64,000 nucleotides of DNA. It comes from Methanothrix sp. GTDB taxonomy: Archaea > Halobacteriota > Methanosarcinia > Methanotrichales > Methanotrichaceae. A program made the translations under genes and the position numbers. Shown piece by piece: positions 61,108 through 64,000 of the stretch (positions are counted from its first letter, which is position 1; every line of letters begins with the position of its first letter). The stretch is taken from positions 1 through 64,000 of the forward strand of contig JBAXWY010000005.1 of NCBI GenBank assembly GCA_037128175.1. Reading direction: 5' to 3'. The notes beneath the pieces were generated by a model that did no database searches, was not told the DNA's origin, and worked only from the letters and a program-made list of their open reading frames with translations.

Positions 61108-61914
61108 CTATTCCCTATCCATCTCCCTCATCCCTGCCATGGCACTCGCCAGCATCACCGGTCCGTCGAACCCTCCCCTGGCCCGGCTGGAGTCCACGAA
61201 GACCTTGTCCATCAGCACCGGCGCGCCGTAGGACGAAGCCCCACATAATAGTAATAGCGTTCGGAAGATGAGGTTGCCGCAAATGCCATCGGGTGCGATG
61301 ACGATGTCGTCTCCCCGGCAGCTCTCAATCAGTATCCCTTTGTGCTTCGTCGCCAGGCCCGCCTCCTGGGCCCGGGCTGCGATCAGCTCGCCTTCCAGAA
61401 GACTTCGGTCCACGCGCTCGCACCGGCCCATGTCCTCCATCCGCCCGCCCGAGAGCACGGCCCCCTTTGCCGCCAGGTCCATGCCCTGCAGGAATTTCGC
61501 TCCTCCCAGCAAGAGCTCCAGCCGGTCCGACACAGTTTCGCCCTCATCGATGCCCACCGGCCCCAGCAGGAAGGCCCAGCCGGACAGCTCCAGCAGGGCC
61601 AGACGCCGCACGCGGATCTGAAACTGCTCTGCAACGGCCCGCATGGTCCTTCCTGCTGGCAGGTTTCCCCTCACCGCCCCATCAATCTCGCCCTCGGCCA
61701 AAAGGCGCACCAGCTCCTTCCAGGGCTCTTTGCAGGCGACATAATCGAGAGCACAGTCGCAGCAGGGATCGCCTACCAGGAGCAGATCGGCATATTTCGT
61801 GGCTGACTGGAGGGAAGCGATCAGCTCTGCATCTGCATTCCAGATGCCAATGCCGATGCGGGCGTGCCTGGATCTGGCCTTTTCCTGTAGTGAGCGCACA
61901 AAGTTAGAGTCCAT
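61108..61914 (-). CDS. mtxX: Methanogenesis marker 4 / MtxX family protein
   Basis: Motifs IDGAVRGNL, LGPVGIDEG, LSGGR.ED.GR, APDGICGNLIFRTL and VFVDSSR. Confidence 0.9.
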   Translation of the reverse strand: MDSNFVRSLQEKARSRHARIGIGIWNADAELIASLQSATKYADLLLVGDPCCDCALDYVACKEPWKELVRLLAEGEIDGAVRGNLPAGRTMRAVAEQFQIRVRRLALLELSGWAFLLGPVGIDEGETVSDRLELLLGGAKFLQGMDLAAKGAVLSGGRMEDMGRCERVDRSLLEGELIAARAQEAGLATKHKGILIESCRGDDIVIAPDGICGNLIFRTLLLLCGASSYGAPVLMDKVFVDSSRARGGFDGPVMLASAMAGMREMDRE

Positions 61915-61915
61915 A

Positions 61916-62878
61916 TCAGTGAATTCCGGTTACGCACTCCTTTTCCAGATCGAAAAGGACAATCTCTTCCGACCCCTGACGAATGACGAGCTTCCTATCC
62001 TCCGTCACCCGGCCGATCACCCTTGCCGTCAGGCCGCGCCTTTCGAACACCTCTAAGACCGCCTCTGCATTCTCAGGTTTAGCGGTTACGACAAAGCCCA
62101 TTCCGGGATACATCTTCAGCCAGCTTGCCAGATCCAGGCCCGCGGGAACTGGAATTGCTTCTACATCCACAACGGCGCCCACCCGGCTTGTTTCCAGCAG
62201 CATGCCCAGGGTCCCCAGCAGTCCCGGATTGCTGATATCTTTTCCGGCCTTAACCAGCCTCCTCTCGCCCAGCTCCTGCATACTTCCTAGCTGCATGAGC
62301 AGAGTCTTGCTGTCCTTGAAGCTGGTGGAGTCGAAGTTTATAGCGAATTTGGGATGGGGCCGGCCATCCATATCCGCAGCCGCTACTACTACCTCGCCCG
62401 CCCTGGCCGTACTGCTTAGAATGACGCCGCTCTTTTTGGCCTTGCCAAGGATTGCCACGTCTAGAGCGCTGTAAGGCGTGTCCGGATGCAGGTGGCCGCC
62501 GATAATGGGCACATGAAACTTCTCAATTGCGGTCTTCATGCCTCGCAGGACTTTTTCCATAATCTCCTGGTTGTCCACGGAGAGCACATCCACCATGGCC
62601 ACCGGCCAGCCGCCCATGGCCGCGATATCGTGCACATTGACCAGAACGGAACAGTAGCCGGACCACTCCGGATCGACCTCCATGAGCTTGGACCAGATGC
62701 CGTCCGCAGCCAGGAGCATGACCTCCTCTCCATCGTCAATAACTGCCGCATCCTCACCAAAGGAGGCGATGATACGCTCTGACTCTATGGGAAAGAATTG
62801 CATGAGGCTACCTATCTGCTTTTTGCGAGTGATGCCTACAAATCCTCGCAGCTGGGATGCCAGAGACTCCAGATTCAT
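61916..62878 (-). CDS. Methanogenesis marker 2 protein (AIR synthase/PurM-like)
   Basis: Motifs GITRK, GEDAAV, VNVHDIAAMGG, GGHLHPD and KDISNPG. Confidence 0.9.
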   Translation of the reverse strand: MNLESLASQLRGFVGITRKKQIGSLMQFFPIESERIIASFGEDAAVIDDGEEVMLLAADGIWSKLMEVDPEWSGYCSVLVNVHDIAAMGGWPVAMVDVLSVDNQEIMEKVLRGMKTAIEKFHVPIIGGHLHPDTPYSALDVAILGKAKKSGVILSSTARAGEVVVAAADMDGRPHPKFAINFDSTSFKDSKTLLMQLGSMQELGERRLVKAGKDISNPGLLGTLGMLLETSRVGAVVDVEAIPVPAGLDLASWLKMYPGMGFVVTAKPENAEAVLEVFERRGLTARVIGRVTEDRKLVIRQGSEEIVLFDLEKECVTGIH

Positions 62879-63342
62879 TGCAGAATCTTGCGGCTTTGAT
62901 CAAAAATAGATGACGCTTTGAGGGGCCGCAAGGTTCTTAAACTCCCGGCTAAGAATGAAAAGTCCCGCGTTCTGGGGAGAATAATCTCTGCAGGGGAAAA
63001 CTCCAGTGGAAAAATGTCACAAAGAATTTTTTAAAGTTTCTATAGCTATTGAAAATCTGCGACTGAATAAATAATAATAATAAATGAATCTAGCTTTATT
63101 GCCTGCAAACGATATATGTTGTGGCATCGCCACACGCGAAGCCGAGGGGTTGGAAGGTAATATATTCTAGTAAGTTGGCACAAAAAAGTATCAAGCGCCA
63201 TCTTATCGTCAATGAGGTCCCGTTTTAATATGGTCCTTTAAAGTAGAGAAAAACAGCACTCATTTTCCAACATGCAGAATAACTGCCCTTCGAAAGCATT
63301 ATGATCTTATGAGACACTGAGGGAGACTGGGGTTGGTTAATT

Positions 63343-63768
63343 ATGATCAGGGAGTTCAAACAAGGTCGCATTTTTCTTGCCAGGCTCGACCATGGTGCGG
63401 ATATCATCAGCCAGATCACCAATCTGGCAGAGGAGAATGGAATTGAGACGGGCGCTTTGAGCGCTATCGGTGCCCTCTCGCGGGCGGAACTTGGCTACTA
63501 CGATCAGCTTTCTCACGAGTACGGCACGTTTTTCCTGGAAGAGCCCGTGGAATTGGCCTCATGCTCCGGAAATATATCCATGCGGGACGTTCGGCCCTTT
63601 GTGCATGCTCATGCCGTTCTATCGGACAGGACGGGAAGGACCTGGGGCGGCCACCTGACCTCTGGCACCATCTTTGCCGCCGAGCTTTTTTTGCAGGAGC
63701 TTTCCGGCCTGCCCCTGAAAAGAGTCCCTGATTCTATCACAGGCCTTAACCTCTGGGGAAAAGAATAA
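63343..63768 (+). CDS. PPC/DUF296 domain protein
   Basis: Motifs RLDHGAD, AIGAL, GNIS, HAHAVL and GGHL. Confidence 0.9.
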   Translation: MIREFKQGRIFLARLDHGADIISQITNLAEENGIETGALSAIGALSRAELGYYDQLSHEYGTFFLEEPVELASCSGNISMRDVRPFVHAHAVLSDRTGRTWGGHLTSGTIFAAELFLQELSGLPLKRVPDSITGLNLWGKE

Positions 63769-63802
63769 TGAACGGAAAAGAAGTGGAAGACAAAGAGTCG
63801 AA

Positions 63803-64000
63803 ATGAAGAATTCCGAATACTTCGAGCATTTACAACTGGGTCTTAAAAACGCCATGGACATAGCCCAGGCCGCACGTAGCCAGGGATTGGACCCCAGCAC
63901 CGAGGTGGAGATACCGCTGGCCGTGGACCTGGCGGAAAGAGTGGAGAAGCTGATAGGCATTCCCGGCATTGCTGTACGTATTCGGGAGCTGGAAGAGAAT
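63803..64000 (+). CDS. polC: DNA polymerase D large subunit DP2, N-terminus (runs off window)
   Basis: Translates [10 protein letters not shown]...[29 protein letters not shown]; not in the ORF track because it has no stop. Confidence 0.9.
   Translation, partial: MKNSEYFEHLQLGLKNAMDIAQAARSQGLDPSTEVEIPLAVDLAERVEKLIGIPGIAVRIRELEEN

Noticed and set aside
1-64000. tRNA/rRNA genes, integrase or transposase genes, and the many short antisense ORFs in the track
   Set aside because: No tRNA cloverleaf, rRNA, integrase or transposase was recognised by eye. The antisense ORFs overlap well-supported genes and are shadow frames

Overview
This looks like DNA from a methanogenic archaeon, most like Methanothrix/Methanosaeta. 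That is inferred from methanogenesis markers 2, 4 (MtxX) and 9, RadB, PolD large subunit, HPS-RraA and archaeal SecDF. Core housekeeping blocks alternate with accessory material. The accessory part includes the 3' part of a BREX-like defence locus (ATPase-PglZ-BrxL) whose ATPase appears cut by an insertion-element end at bases 31-54. It also includes several toxin-less antitoxin genes, an AT-rich islet with a DUF11 pseudogene, and a type I RM system (hsdR-hsdS-orf-hsdM) carrying an Abi-like passenger. A cargo region downstream of mtxX is punctuated by two decayed copies of the mtxX 3' end. Three dispersed non-coding repeat families occur: a TIR-bounded MITE, a CACAGAG-rich element found at TAG stop codons, and an IS200/IS605-like hairpin element. 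The most striking unexplained signal is a ~820-nt minus-strand non-coding tract (about 16160 to 15343). It has its own BRE/TATA promoter and ~16 strand-specific AGGG(G)A motifs, several in hairpin loops, and leads into a wHTH regulator gene. This is a CsrB/RsmZ-like RNA-sponge architecture in an archaeon. All family calls come from motif recognition by eye; no database searches were run.
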